DNA of 64,000 nucleotides from Nemertoderma westbladi (taxonomy: Eukaryota > Animalia > Xenacoelomorpha). The DNA is taken from contig JAUCBJ010004480.1 of the NCBI GenBank assembly GCA_032718475.1, forward strand, positions 1 to 64,000, read 5' to 3'. Positions 1 through 13,658 of this stretch are shown here, piece after piece. The position numbers were made by a program, and so were the translations under genes. Under the pieces are notes generated by a model that was given only the letters and a program-made list of their open reading frames with translations, did not search any database and was not told the DNA's origin. The stretch's first letter is position 1, and each line of letters begins with the position of its first letter.

Positions 1-337
1 ACAATCAAGCAAGTAGTTGTGCTTGTGAAGCAGCCCCATGGCCTTCTCACCATCACCCCCCAACCCAACCCACCACACCCCCCCCCCCCCCCCCCCCATT
101 CTCAACCTTCACCCAGACCCAATAGGGTTACTATTGGAGATATGGTTGACAAGCAAACAATATAATGTTATCAAACACGATAACAAACAATATAAAATAA
201 TTAATATCGATATATACTTATACCTACAAAACTTAATTATATTGTAATAAACAAAAATTATTAAAGAATAGGGATAAATGAGTTAAGAGCAATAATTCCT
301 TCAAATATCAATTATTTTACAAAGTAGAATGATAGAT

Positions 338-943
338 TCATTTATATAGATGTAAGTTAACCAAAGGCTGTAGAGCAGTTGTGTGCTGTTCACGGTTATA
401 CCTTACATTGGGGTTGGCAGTATATGCTTCATCAGGGGAATACATAACGGCTCTATCCAATGGGGCGTGACTACGGACCACTTTTGGCGTTTTTTTAACA
501 AGTCGTTTCTTTTCATACAACTGGTACCAAATAAAAAATATAAACAGCATCACAAATACAGTAAGGGCTACAGCAATTGGTATCGTATAAGATGGCAGCA
601 GGCCTTCTGGACTGGTGGTTAATTTGGTACTCTCGCCCATTAGGGCATCCATATCAAAGAACTGGCACTTATTACCAGAAAAATGCCCCAAACATTGGCA
701 TACGGATCTGTGACCATTGGTGACACAATTGCTTTGTGTCCTGAACGGACACACTTTTTTACCCTGGCCAGCGTCGCATTTTCTGTATGGGATTGTTGGT
801 ACAGGTGTAGTCGATGTAGAAATGGGCGACATGGTCGTACTATTGGAAACTAATGGATCTTCCTCAGAAAATGACATCCAAAATTCTATGAAATCCCACA
901 AAGCAAGAGTAAGATCGTTAGTAACAACTGTGTGAACCGCCAT
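338..943 (-). CDS. EGF-like domain single-pass membrane protein (EGFR-ligand-like precursor)
   Basis: 201-aa ORF with a good Kozak context (gccATGG). It has a Ser/Thr-rich stalk with an NST sequon, a six-Cys motif C-x8-C-x7-C-x8-C-x-C-x8-C ending GNKCQFFDM, a hydrophobic helix IPIAVALTVFVMLFIFFIW, and a basic stop-transfer segment KKRLVKK. An in-frame TGA lies 8 codons upstream. An upstream exon splicing to the AG at ~956 cannot be excluded. Confidence 0.75.
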   Translation of the reverse strand: MAVHTVVTNDLTLALWDFIEFWMSFSEEDPLVSNSTTMSPISTSTTPVPTIPYRKCDAGQGKKVCPFRTQSNCVTNGHRSVCQCLGHFSGNKCQFFDMDALMGESTKLTTSPEGLLPSYTIPIAVALTVFVMLFIFFIWYQLYEKKRLVKKTPKVVRSHAPLDRAVMYSPDEAYTANPNVRYNREQHTTALQPLVNLHLYK

Positions 944-2555
944 GGCAGTGAAGGCCTTTTTTAATCAAATTAAGCAGATAAATATATCTATTGAATGTTT
1001 ACAGTAATTCTCTAACTAGTAGTTAGAGTAATATTGTTCACAACATCAACAAAATATGTAAATAAAAAAATTTATGTAAAGATTTCTTTATATTGAAATG
1101 ATTTAGTTATATAATAATTATTACATAATATGTTCACATATAACAACCTATGCAATATCTATCCTCAATGGATTAGTGGGAATGGACGTCCTAGAGATGA
1201 CCATAGTACAATGTACAGTGCACTGCACACGCCGCCTACCAATTAATTAGTTTGGTATCGTGTTAGCTCTGGGTAAATACGTTGCATGCTGTATCAAGTT
1301 ACATGCAATTTCAGCGAAATTCTGACTAATGATTTATTAATAACAAATATACCTAAAAGCAATATGATACAAAAAGCCGCAACAATGTATTAGTAATGTA
1401 CCAATTATGAGTTGGGGGAATTTGTAATTTATTTATACGAAAATATTGCTACACAAAATAATATCTGGGATATTTAATGTTTTTGACAAAAGTTTAGTGA
1501 GGCGATTACATTAGCTGAAACTTGATCCCTTGTATGGCCTCCTAAATTGCTCTAACAGGCTTCACTCATCGATACCACCCCCACCCGCCATGCATTAACA
1601 ATGTGTATTATTAATAATATTTGACGGCATCGACGTAGAACCTGACCGACCCGTTGCATTGTCCCCTGGCCCGTTTACAGGAAACAGAGAGACAGTCACC
1701 GTGTTGTAGACGTTCTGACAGCGAAAGCGATGGGTTCCTTTTGATATTCGATGTAGTTTCCGACATCTCTCATAATGACTGCTGCTAGTGCAGTGCTTTA
1801 CCAATTACATGATGCGTGTGATATCCTTTCTACCTGGCGTTCTAGCTATAAGTAATAAGTATATTTGAACAAGATATACCAGTATAATAAGAATTTAAAA
1901 TTGCGATTTTTTTTTGTCTGTACAGAACTAATGCGGTTCTAAAGGATGAAGGTTAGAAAAATTAGCTATCAATTGTGGGAAAGAAGCAGGTCCCAGAGGC
2001 CAGAGGCCTGAACAAAACAATAAACAATGTCGTTACAACTGAGTAACATGATCAGGTTATACACCATGACCCCGAATATAGTGTCGTAATTCAGTAACAC
2101 GCCCGCCGACAATTTTTTATGAGATTGCATGAAATTTGAAATAGAAAAGGTTTCACCTCCCGACCACTGACTGGGTGAGCCAGACATTTGATTTTTGCTT
2201 TCAATCTTTAGCTACAAGGTACCAATGGAAAGCTGGTCATGCAAGGATTCCAAATATGTAACACAATTTGAATTTCGTAGTAAAATACCTGAGATATGAG
2301 CGTTCTAAAGTTGTATGGTTTTGCACCTGCGCGAGGCTATTTTATTCTATTTAATAAATACGTACCCTTTTATTCCGGAACACTTTGTTTATGTATGAAT
2401 AGCTACACAATGGTATGATTATAGAGTTATTGCATTGTTGCCCAGCTACGTATGGGATAAACAAAATGTTCTAGAATATGGTTTATTTGTCATGAGGAGG
2501 TAAATTGTGGACATACAGAGTATCACATAGTATTTCCAGGTCTACCTTTTTACCT

Positions 2556-2625
2556 GAGCCGCTAGCTAAATAGTTAGAGTATCAGACTTCCAACCCGGAG
2601 GTCACCAGTTCGATACGACTTAACA
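2556..2625 (+). mobile_element. Degenerate tRNA-derived sequence (probable SINE head)
   Basis: A-box-like TAGCTAAATAGTTAGAG and B-box-like CAGTTCGATAC at tRNA spacing; no intact cloverleaf. Confidence 0.35.
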
Positions 2626-2854
2626 TATTCAACAAGTAGAGCATGGACCTTAGTCCCTTAGAAAGATACTGAGCTTTGAAATAGAGGTTGCTAGAGAACG
2701 ATAAAAACATTGAGACAATAAAATAATTCACTGATATGGTTAAGTTATCAGTATCTGTAATCTGTATTAGTATCGCCTTGGTTCATTGGTATAAGGAATT
2801 GCATTGAGAAAATGTCTCAAGATGATGCAAAGAAGTAACGAAAATGTCCCCTAA

Positions 2855-3228
2855 AGGCCTGTTTACACGTGGCAACTTTTAGAGCAACTTTCTCGGCAAC
2901 TAGCAACTTTTTTTGGAGCAACTTACTTTAATGGCTGTTTACACGTGGCAACTTTACCAGTAACTTTACCAGCAACTTGGCCGGCAACTTTTAGAGCAAC
3001 TTGGCTAGTTTGACTGTAAAATAGTGGGTCATTTTATCTACTAGCTAGTTTTTGATAATTTAATTTGATTATTCGTCAACGCAAATTCCTTCAAGTTGCC
3101 GTAAAAGTTGCTCAACTTTTACAGCAACTTTTTTACGTGTTTACACGGAGCAACTTGATCGGCAACCTGGGTTGCTCTACAAGTTGCCGAGGAAGTTACT
3201 CTAAAAGTTGCCACGTGTAAACCGGCCT
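2855..3228. mobile_element. PIF/Harbinger-type MITE
   Basis: Terminal inverted repeats AGGCCTGTTTACACGTGGCAACTTTTAGAG ... CTCTAAAAGTTGCCACGTGTAAACCGGCCT. TAA flanks both sides (2852-2854, 3229-3231). Internal GCAACTT sub-repeats; no ORF. Confidence 0.85.
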
Positions 3229-4109
3229 TAAGACAGGGATGCAATATCGCATCTGCTATGTTTTCCAATTTACTTCATTTTCCCGTGGGCGTCCTTATTC
3301 CGGCATTATCAGTAGCAATAATGACAGTCCTGCTGTTTTCCCTCATTGTCTGTATATTTTGGATTCCCCCACGGATTCCATGTCCCTAGACATGGCTGTT
3401 CCATTTACCGTACTCATTCATATCCTTCCTTCCTTAACAGATAACTTCCTGTTCATTATGTCGAGGTATGAAATTATTGTGATTTATATTCAATGTTATT
3501 TTGATCTGATGAGAGCATCTTGCTTTTGTGTAGTAATAAAATGGTTATCCGTCCTGCATATTTAATTTTGTCTCCTCTATCTATCGAGTACAGTATATTA
3601 ATGGTAAATATCTTCAGTTTTCTGTGAGGAATTCTAAGTAATTTGTGTGATTTTATTAGGGAACATGATTGACATTAATACCCCAACTGATTCCCAGTTT
3701 GAATTATTGATCTTTTTATATAATCGCTATTCGAAAATCGAGTTAAGGAACTCTTTAGACTCTGCATTCATTGCTTTCATATATTTTGGTAATAAATTAA
3801 CTTTTTACCATTCCATTAATTTATTGATAAATATAATTATGATTATCAATAGGTTAATGCGGTAAAATATAACTATAGTCTATGGAAACACAATAGGTTT
3901 ATATTGATCATATAATTACTTTCAAATGGAATGAAATGGGACTTTTTCAGTTCCAGTCGGCCATTGTCAGGTATAGGGTATGTAATTACTCAGATAAAAC
4001 TATGGGATTTCTTCCTTACAGTACCAGCCAAGTCATATATATCAGTCAGTTGATGGATATGAGAATCTTCACTGTTTTCAGAATCAGCTACCTTGTCTAT
4101 ATCGTAATG

Positions 4110-4620
4110 AATAATAATAATAATAATTTATTTATATAGCGCCTCTTACCGTGATGATCAGAGGCACTCATAATATACCATATACAAGTTTATACGAGTT
4201 TATATGTACAAGTAGTATCTAATAAAATTTATTTAAAATTAAATTTAAAATTTATTAAAAAATTTATTAAATAAAATCAAATAATTAAATCCCATTTACA
4301 CCATGGTGAACCTAGTGAAACATATTAATATTAAATAAAAACATGATGTGTTTCAACAAAATACACGCATTTCATAACGCAATAAAATTATGGCCTAGTA
4401 TAAATTAATCTGTGCCGTAATCTCTATTATAAAGGAATTTCTTCCTTTTGACCTTAAATGAATCGACTGATGCAGCATTTGGTATATTATTCCATATTGT
4501 TGGAGCTGCAAATCAGAAGGATCTTCTCCCATAGAATACCAAAGGTCTGGTCGGCACTGCGAGAAGGCCACCATTTGTAGATCTCAGATCACGTGGTGAT
4601 GAATATGGTTCAAGCAATAA
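4110..4620 (-). mobile_element. L2/CR1-group LINE 3' end remnant
   Basis: The minus strand of 4440-4620 translates to LLEPYSSPRDLRSTNGGLLAVP...YGRRSF*FAAPTIWNNIP...SVDSFK, a typical ORF2 C-terminus. A 3' stem-loop and (TTA)n tail follow at 4110-4170. Confidence 0.7.
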
Positions 4621-6562
4621 GTTTATTTACTTTATTGCCGATATCATCGGCAATAAAATATTAACTATAATATTAACTTAAAATAATATATTAACTGGCG
4701 ACAGTAACTTGCAGCAAATGATAACATAAGTAAATACGAGAAATATGAGTTCCGACCAATATGGTAAGATCATAAGGTATTATGCGTACATATATAAGGG
4801 CGCCGTGTTAAAATTATTGAATTTTGTTGATAACATATCAAAGGAAAGAAAGGACCTTGTTAAAAGTGTATGTCCCCTCTGCCTTTACTCATACTATTAT
4901 TCCTGCATATTTAGTGCCTTAAGGATAATTAATTTCCTTAATATACATTCGGTTGTCTTTCTCTAAAATATACTTAATTCTTAAGTACTAACCCTTGGCA
5001 TAAATGTTAATGATGTCAAAAGGCCATCCCTGATATCCACTACTATATTTAACTACATAACAAATAAAGATACACTCCTTACAAAGTGTTAGGGTGATAC
5101 TATTATGATGTACTTAGAAAACTAGTTGATCTTGAATATGCTTCTACCAGTTTGTTGATGACGCAAAATTATTTGCAGTCATCAACTGTTCGTACGATAA
5201 GGGAATTACTGCAGAATAATTTTAACATAAATGCATACTTTTCAAGTGACTGGCAATTGAACGTGGCTAAACTAATTCATTGCCATTCTCTCATTAAATA
5301 TCGGTACAATCATATACACCTTTACACACGGGATGTGTTTTTCAGTTTTTATAAGTAGCATAAATGCCAGACTAATTTTACTTTATCTAATAAAAGGATC
5401 TACGATAAAAAGAACTATAAAGGGCGACCTTTAAGTTAGATTGGATAGATTGACGATCTAGATGTTGCTCTTTGATCCAACCATGTTTGTGTGCATTCAC
5501 TTTTGGCAGTCTCAGTCTGCGTACTGTATGTATTGCGTTACCTTTAAATCTATTAAATTTGTTAGTAGTGATTTACTACCTAGGGTTGCTTTGTAATATT
5601 ATTACAGCTAATGTGGCTACTGGTTGTTTTGATGAAGTTGCTTCATGCATCTATATAGTGACGGCAATAATAGGCCTACTACCGATAGGTCGTTGATGGG
5701 AAATGCTATTAAATTCATTAAATAACAATTTTTAATATTGCCATTTAAAAGTAAAACCACCACCAGTGCCCTGAATTTCAATGTATTAAGCAAACGTTTA
5801 ATGCAATGAATTATATATGAATTATGTATGAATTATGTTGAATTATGTTGAATTATCTATTAAGATGATGGTTATGTATTAAGTAGTATTACATAACCAT
5901 CATCTGAGCTAGCAACAGATATCACTGTCTCAGCCGGCCAACAGTATTGTTTAATGTTTAATGTTTTAACGTAATTTTGTCACATAGAAACATAACATTA
6001 CAGCACATTACATTATTTAACATAATAATAATAATAAAGTTATGTATTGTATTATTTAATTAATATTAAAAGTAAGTGTGCAGTTAAACTCTGAAGAAAA
6101 GAGCTAAGAAATTTAAAAGGCACATTGATTTACACATACAAAGCTATATACATACATAGACCATACATTATCATATATAGTAACATGCATAAGCATACAT
6201 AGAATCCTACAGTACTGTAGTAAAGAAATAAAAAACTACTATGTTCTTCATACATACTGTACAATTAGAAATATAATACTGTTGTACTGTTGACTCGAAT
6301 ACTGTTGTGGTGGATAAGATTATTTTTTTTTTTTTGGGGGGGGGGGGGGGGGGTAAAGTTACACGACAGTTTTAATTAGAGTTGAGGCCGCCACTACTGT
6401 AACCAACGAGTTTCATACAGTATAAAAATCCCTGTTGTACTCTTTGACTCGATATACCAATTGACCCGGAATCTGTTTAATCGGCCCTTCACATGACATT
6501 GAGGATTGGGAAACTGTAAGAAAATTTGTAAGTTTGTAAGTTTTTTAATGATAAGAAGTTTG

Positions 6563-7510
6563 CTAATTGGCGTATGGCTATTGGGATATTATTCCATACC
6601 GTTGGTGCCTGAACGTACACTGATTGGCGTATGGCTATTGGGATATTATTCCTTAACGTTGTTGGAGCCTGTATACAGATTGGCGTATGGCTATTGGGAT
6701 ATTAATCCATACCGTTGGTGCCTGAACGTACACTGATTGGCGTATGGATATTGGGATATTATTCCATACCGTTGGGGCCTGTACACTGATTGGCGTATGG
6801 ATATTGGGATATTATTCCATAACGTTGTTGGAGCCTGTATACAGATTGGCGTATGGCTATTGGGATATTATTCCATTCCGTTGGGGCCTGTACACTGATT
6901 GGCGTATGGATATTGGGATATTATTCCATAACGTTGTTGGAGCCTGTATACAGATTGGCGTATGGCTATTGGGATATTATTCCATTCCGTTGGGGCCTGT
7001 ACACTGATTGGCGTATGGATATTGGGATATTATTCCATAACGTTGTTGGAGCCTGTATACAGATTGGCGTATGGCTATTGGGATATTATTCCATACCGTT
7101 GGGGCCTGAACGTACACTGATTGGCGTATGGCTATTGGGATATTATTCCATACCGTTGGGGCCTGTACACTGATTGGCGTATGGCTATTGGGATGTTATT
7201 CCATACCGTTGTTGGGGCCTGTACACTGATTGGCGTATGGCTATTGGGATATTATTCCATACCGTTGTTGGTGCCTGTACACTGAATGGCGTATGGCTAT
7301 TTGAATATTATTCCATACTGTTGTTGGTGCCTGTACACTGATTGGCGTATGGCTAATGGGATATTATTCCATACCGTTGTTGGGGCCTGTACACTGATTG
7401 GCGTATGGCTATTGGAATATTATTCCATACCGTTGGGGCGTGTACACTGATTGGCGTATGGCTATTGGGATATTATTCCATACCGTTGGGGCGTGTACGT
7501 ACACTGATTG
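6563..7510. repeat. Minisatellite, ~47-53 bp unit, ~19 copies
   Basis: Tandem CTGATTGGCGTATGGCTATTGGGATATTATTCCATACCGTTGGGGCCTGTACA. Two variants alternate in the first half. Confidence 0.95.
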
Positions 7511-7569
7511 CTTGTTTTGCAATTTCAACTTTTAGACTTTTGCGAGGAATGTCGCAGTTATTATTTATA

Positions 7570-9090
7570 GAGTTTCGTGTCTGTTCTCTGATAGTTCTCC
7601 TTTGCAGAAGTGAAGGCTGCTGCAAAGAGCATTAAGACCAATCGTGCCAGTGGAGTAGAAGGTGTTCCCCCTGAGGTCTTTAAAATACCTGAGGGTTTAA
7701 AGCTCATCTATCCCATCATAGTAGACATGTACCGAACAACAAGAGTCCCACAAGAAATGAATAATGATACAATAGAATTCTATTAAATCGCATCAGGGAT
7801 CCCATTGAGAGACTGCTCCGTGGAAATCAGAATGGGTTCCGTAAAGGTCGTGGGACCATGGAGCCCATTCTGGCACTTAGAAGGATAATTGAAGAGTTAT
7901 CAAAAAAGAAAGACAGGCATCTGGCTGTTATCTTTGTTGACTTCTTCAAGGCCTTTGATTAAGTCTCTCGCTCACGTATGTTCAGCATACTTTCATTATA
8001 TGGGATTCCTGATGAAATTATTGCAGCAATCAGATCAGTATACGATGGTTCGACAACATTTGTGTCTACTGTTGACGGTTAAACAGAACCATTTGAAGTG
8101 TTATGGGGCGTCCTCCAGGGAGACACACTTGCACCATTCTTGTTCATAATTGTAGTTGACTATGTTCTACGCATGTCCTTAGATCATCATAATAATGATG
8201 GGGTGATGATATCTCCACCTACTGGCTCCAGAAGTCGAGGAAATCCTGCCAAGTACCTAACTGATCTAGACTTTGCTGATGAATTAGGAGTACTCTCAGA
8301 ATCACTAGAGGGAGCCCAACGGCTCCTCAGCTCATTAGAACATGCTTCTTCTAGTGTTGGTCTTTTTATTAACTCCAGAAAGACCAACATTTTGACAGTT
8401 AACTTTGAAAGTTCTCAGCAAGTCTCTAATCGGATGAGCATAAGCTCAAAGGATGGTATGCTTGAGCATGTGGATGACTTCTGTTACCTGGGATCATGGA
8501 TCCGGAAGTCAGGTGATGACCTTCGAATACGTAAGGGAAAGGCATGGGCAGCCTTGAATAGGCTTTCCAGGATTTGGAAGTCAACGAGAATTAATCGGAA
8601 ACTTAAGGTCCGATTATTTAGAGCAGCAGTAGTTCCAGTACTCCTCTATGGGAGTCCATGCTGGGCTCTAACTGCTGAGGACACCAAATCTCTGGATGGC
8701 ACATTCACAAGAATGCTACACCGGGTTCATTGTGTCAAGTACAATGCACACATCTCCAACCAGACACTATATAATATTGTAGGTGTCTCATTGGTTCCCC
8801 CAAGCTTGACACTAGAACAAAATCGCCTCCGCTTTGCAGGACATTGCTTTCGCCGTGAGGACCAGCCAGTGCATAATCTTGTACTTTGGCAGCCTCATGG
8901 AGTGAATAAGCATGGTGGACAGCCCATGACTTTCTTGAAACGCATCTTAAAGGACACTGGCCTTGAAGATGCGGATGATCTAGCAAATGTCATGGGTGAT
9001 AGGGAGTTGTGGTGGTGCAATTTTGTCGATAAGCTGGCACAGCATTCTTAAAAATGCAGCTGCAATGCAGCATGCCGATCCTAGTAGTAG
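7570..9090 (+). mobile_element. RTE-clade non-LTR retrotransposon, 5'-truncated and decayed (RT remnant incl. ORF 8098-9051)
   Basis: RT motifs ASGVEGVPPEV, QNGFRKGR, FVDFFKAFD, GVLQGDTLAP, DFADE (FADD variant), FCYLGS, RLRFAGHC. Stops and frameshifts lie upstream of 8098; (TAG)3 tail at 9082-9090. Confidence 0.9.
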
Positions 9091-9214
9091 ATGTCGTAAA
9101 TCTTAGTAGTGATGGAAACAAGTCAGTGGGGAGTATGTTGTGAGTATATTTGTTACATAAAGATCCAACTTCCTTTAATGAATTTTACTGGATTAGTGGG
9201 TTAAAGTAAATGTT

Positions 9215-9345
9215 GCCCCTAGGTATTACAATTTGCTTGGTATTTAATTCTGTTAAGTTAATGTCGCTAGTTAATATATTTGTATCATCGGCAATAAAGA
9301 TAAATTGTATTTTTTCAGAGACATTAGCAATATCGTTACAGGAAA
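9215..9345 (-). mobile_element. Short LINE reverse-transcriptase fragment
   Basis: NDIANVSEKIQFIFIADDTNI resembles the L2/CR1 FADDT motif. Confidence 0.55.
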
Positions 9346-12300
9346 CAATGAAAAGGTGGAGCTGAGTACAGTAGCCATCCATGGGGTAATCATTCATCCT
9401 TGTCTCTACCCTATTAATGATTTGTAACAAATTAAATAACTAAAAATGCAGCAAATTGTGCAGTTTTTAAATGTTCAGAGTTTGTTTTTAGCGCAATTGT
9501 TAGAATAGATATGTTGGTTCTGGTACTGGTACACACACATTCTTTTTTTTAAGAATATGTTTCATCAAACATGAAAATAAGGACAGGATGCAAATTAATT
9601 CCCATTTGGTTTGCTGATAATAATTATGTGGCAAAAACCTAAGGAGCTTCATGCGGTGTTGGGTTACTAATAAATCAATGGAGGGTAGCTGATTGGTTAG
9701 TCATGACTAGGTAACCAATGGAGCATCATATTAAAGTTGTTCAGAATAAATCTACAGTACTGCTGTATATGAATCTCCTGCAGCCAAGATGTTAATCAAA
9801 CCAGTATAGTAGAGACATACTCCAGCCTCAAAAAATATAGTACGAAAATAGTACAAGTTGATCTAAGAAATGCAGAATACAATTAATTTCCTTTTGATGT
9901 GATATAAAACTTATTAGAATGATATTATTTGTTCTAAGTACACAGTGACTATAAATAGGAACAATTTATTGTATTACCGGTAATGTATTTTATTTCTAAC
10001 AAAAATTAAATTAAATGTTTCATTATTCACAGTGAATATCAGGATTGTCCATATTTGTAAACTGACTATACTTATCCCTTGAGTGCGCTCTTATATTAAA
10101 TTGCATTTTACTTTAGTTATTTAAATAATCTAGTTTCATCTCTTTTTAGATTTTTTCTGTTAATTAATTTTGTAAAGTTATTTAATATTTATTTATAGGA
10201 CGCGTACCCCTTTGCTCAGCACTTTTTAAATTGGTTTATATGAATCGATAGTTTCATATGAGATGTGTATTGAATATAATATTTGTCTGCGGCTATTACA
10301 TCAGATTTCTTTTAATAGCATCACCATAATAATAATGCCGAAAGCTAATATATATGATTCGAACTTTTACATGAAACAACCGCTCAATTACTCTACAAAC
10401 TGAACAAACAGCTGTACTACTGCGGTGATAATTTCATCAAAGAAATCACTAATAAGGTAAGCAACGTAGCTTTAATTAAGGTTTATAGTTTGGTCATTGT
10501 AATATAATTACTGTGTTATTATATTATACCTATATAATACTGTACAACTATTTCAAGTTGTTATAGTGAGAATACTTTAGATACATAGCTAATTGCCCTT
10601 CTGTGACTAATGTACACGTTCGTGGGGCCATCGCGCAGCACGAGGCACAGTTATGAGATACAGATTAATATTGAGCGATTCTACTGTATCACAAACTCGG
10701 TATTTAAGAAATTTACCCAAACAGCAAGATTGATGAAATGATTGCAGAGGATTGATGAAAGGACGTGTTGGACTGGTTCCCGGTTAGGCTACAGTAGGCA
10801 ATAGCAAGCATGCCTTGGAATGGGGGAGCTAGAAATAGTGTAGAGTGACGGGGTATTTTAATAACTTAATTACGTTTAGATCAATTAAAAACACGTTCTT
10901 AAAGCAAATCACTTGAACTAATTAAAAACTATAATGGCATGGAGTCTGGGGATTACAGCTGTATAATTTTTAAGTATAATTATATATATATCTTATACTA
11001 TAAAATAATTAATTTCCATTAAAAGTCATGTTGAAAATGCTGTTTTTACCCAATCCAACTTAATTAATTTTAATTTAATTAATTAACTGCTATTATCTTA
11101 GCTTCTCGAAGGCCACACGCAAATTCATATTGGAAAATTTCTAAACTTTTGCCAGACTACATGTGTACCAAGTTTGGATATATTTGTTCGAGATTGGGCT
11201 GAGTTATTAACGTTTAAAATTGAACACAACAAAACGACAGACACACTGATTGAGTTAGTGGTACCCGTATGCTAAGCTCGCTTACTTTCGTGCCTCGCCC
11301 CACATAAACCGAAGCTAGAGCAATTGAAAGGTGCCTTGAATTGAGTTGCTGCTCCTAGCTGTGGCTATAGTTAATTAACCAGAGTTATCAGAAATAATCT
11401 TACTGCTTCTAAAAAGGTCGACCCAGTGAACTGAGAGTAAGTCGCAAGTGGTCGGCTGGTCGGATTACATATCGGCTCCACCTATAGTCTACATATAAAG
11501 TTTTGCGACTTTTAGCGACCCTCCAGATATAGTGTCGTATATATATAGTGTCGAATAGTCGCCTTTATACACGACCCAAGAGTGCTTGGAACTTGGCCTA
11601 ACCTAAATACTTCATATGTAAAATAGCCGACTTCTAGCGATCCTCCATAAGTCACCTGTGGTCGGCTGGTCGGCTTTCATATATAATAGTTAACACATAC
11701 ACAATAATTGAAATAGACATTAAATATATAATTAAAAGTAAATAGTAATAACTGGCCAACTAATATATATAGTACATGGTATACCAATTAACCAATCAAA
11801 TGTACAAATGTACATGTAATGGGGGACATTAATTAGGGTAGACGCATTGTTATTGGGTTCATATAGCCGACCATTACGTCGATTTTCCCCTGGAGAGGAT
11901 AAAATGTTTGAATCTGGGTAACTTATACCGTCGATTTTGCAATTTCTTCTTGTTGTAACAGAAGACATACCTTAACGCAAATCCGGCCAGCACCTAGACC
12001 TGACTGACAACATTACTATACTGTTTATTTTGGTTGCGGGTTTTCTACTCAGCTAGTTTAATAAAATTGTCGCTTGAGAGGAGAAAGTTATTACAAATAG
12101 AATAAAACATTGGACTGACAATGAATGAATTGGTAAGAGGAAAACAAATCGCATTCATCACGAAATTAAATGTTTTAGCGAATTCATGTCCATAATGCAC
12201 ACAATAATTGAATAATTAACAATAAAAAATCGATTACTTCTTATTGAAATATACCAACGAATAATAACACCAGCTGATTTCGCGCAGTCGGCCTCCCTGT

Positions 12301-12394
12301 GCTACAAGGACAGGTGGAAATGTAAATTAGGCTTCCTTGTGGAGTTAATCGTTTGGAAAGCATTCCAAATGTAATTGGTTTTTTTTTGTTGCAG

Positions 12395-12635
12395 ATGAAT
12401 CCAGATCATAACATAGGCTGCTTCCACCATGGGAGATTCGGAAAATCTAGGATTTTTACGAGAAATTCCAGGAAAGGGAATCCGGAGGAAGAAGGAGTTT
12501 ATTATTGGCGGTCGAGCAAAAGGAAGTTGGAACGGCACTTCCGGCTCGCCAGTAGGTTGTGTTTCTCAGCCGCATTCCTCGTTATGGTCGTGACTTCCGT
12601 AGAATTACTGCTTCCTTCCTCAACTTCATCCTACC
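12395..12635 (+). CDS. SLC24A: SLC24/NCKX Na+/Ca2+-K+ exchanger, probable first coding exon
   Basis: Acceptor ttttttttgttgcag|ATG and donor ctacc|gtgagt. Open frame MNPDHNIG...RLCFSAAFLVMVVTSVELLLPSSTSSY with an N-terminal hydrophobic segment. Its phase-1 end (C) joins the TG start of the next exon in frame. Confidence 0.65.
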
Positions 12636-13658
12636 GTGAGTCCGTACAATTATCTAATATAGTGATTCAGTGAAGGCGAATGTAATTAATTTCGTCCTTG
12701 GCGAAGTGGTTTGATCAGTTACCTTGAATTCATACAGTGGGGGCTACGAAGTTTTAATTAATTTCATCAATAATCATGTTATGGGTCTAGCCATGACTCA
12801 TCCTTATATAGTCGCTAAATGTGTACATGTTTCCTCTGGGGAGTATAGTTCTGTGGGGGGACCGTACTGTTAGGTTTAGTTAGGTTTCTTGTTAGGTTCA
12901 GGTGTCCACCATTTTTTTTAATTTCACTAACTTCGCCCGGGCTGTATGTAGCCCTCTCTACTGAATTGGAATTAATTTATCACTGTTACTGTTTTGGATG
13001 AGTGATTCGAGTCCATGGCCTGTGATGTCTGGTGAATCTTTATCAGATAGGAGGGATATGAGGATATTCTCTTAAAACAAACAAAATTGAATCCTCTCCA
13101 CGGAGAAATTGATGGAAATAACAGCTAATTACCAGCAAAAGTGTAACTGTAACCTATACTCTTGGCTCATTTATTGTTTTGGTTAGATAGCTGTAAATAG
13201 CGCCTCTGTACTTTTTACTCTTTTTGCTTAAAAATTTCTAATTACCATTTTTAATTTGCCGATACGAGATATGAATTCACGGAGATTGGATTTGCATTCA
13301 TTTACACACTGTTACTATAGTTACAGATGAAAAGGAAAATCTTTTTAATTAATTCACCACCAGTAGGCCACTAATGAAAAATTCCACCGTACGCCCATGT
13401 CTAAACACTCTTTTATTAAATTCACTTTAAATTTTAAGTAATTTTAATTTAAATATTGTGTATTTTTAATTTAGATACAATATATGTATGTACTGTACTG
13501 TACATAATTAACGCAAAAATGTTTGTGTTAGCTTGAAATGTTGATAGGTTAATGTCGTCTGTACTGTACTGTACTGTACTTGGACATTTTAGATAGAGGT
13601 CACAAATTAAGTGCTTCGCAAAGTGATGGTCCTGATGACTTTTATTTATTCCTTTTAG

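Noticed and set aside
38-247. Proline-rich ORF
   Set aside because: Produced by a poly-C tract and AT-rich sequence; no coding signal.
2556-2625. Functional tRNA gene
   Set aside because: The acceptor and anticodon stems do not pair; retained only as a possible SINE head.
3240-4100. Very decayed RT-like sequence on the minus strand
   Set aside because: Only faint motif traces; too degraded to call.
6506-7635. Repetitive ORFs (LIGVWLLGYYSI...) or a CRISPR array
   Set aside because: These are translations of a minisatellite in shifting frames, with no unique spacers.
10199-10456. Possible upstream exon (AG acceptors at 10198/10318, donor AAG|GTAAGC)
   Set aside because: Stops occur in all frames. 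It could be a 5' UTR exon, but this cannot be supported without transcripts.
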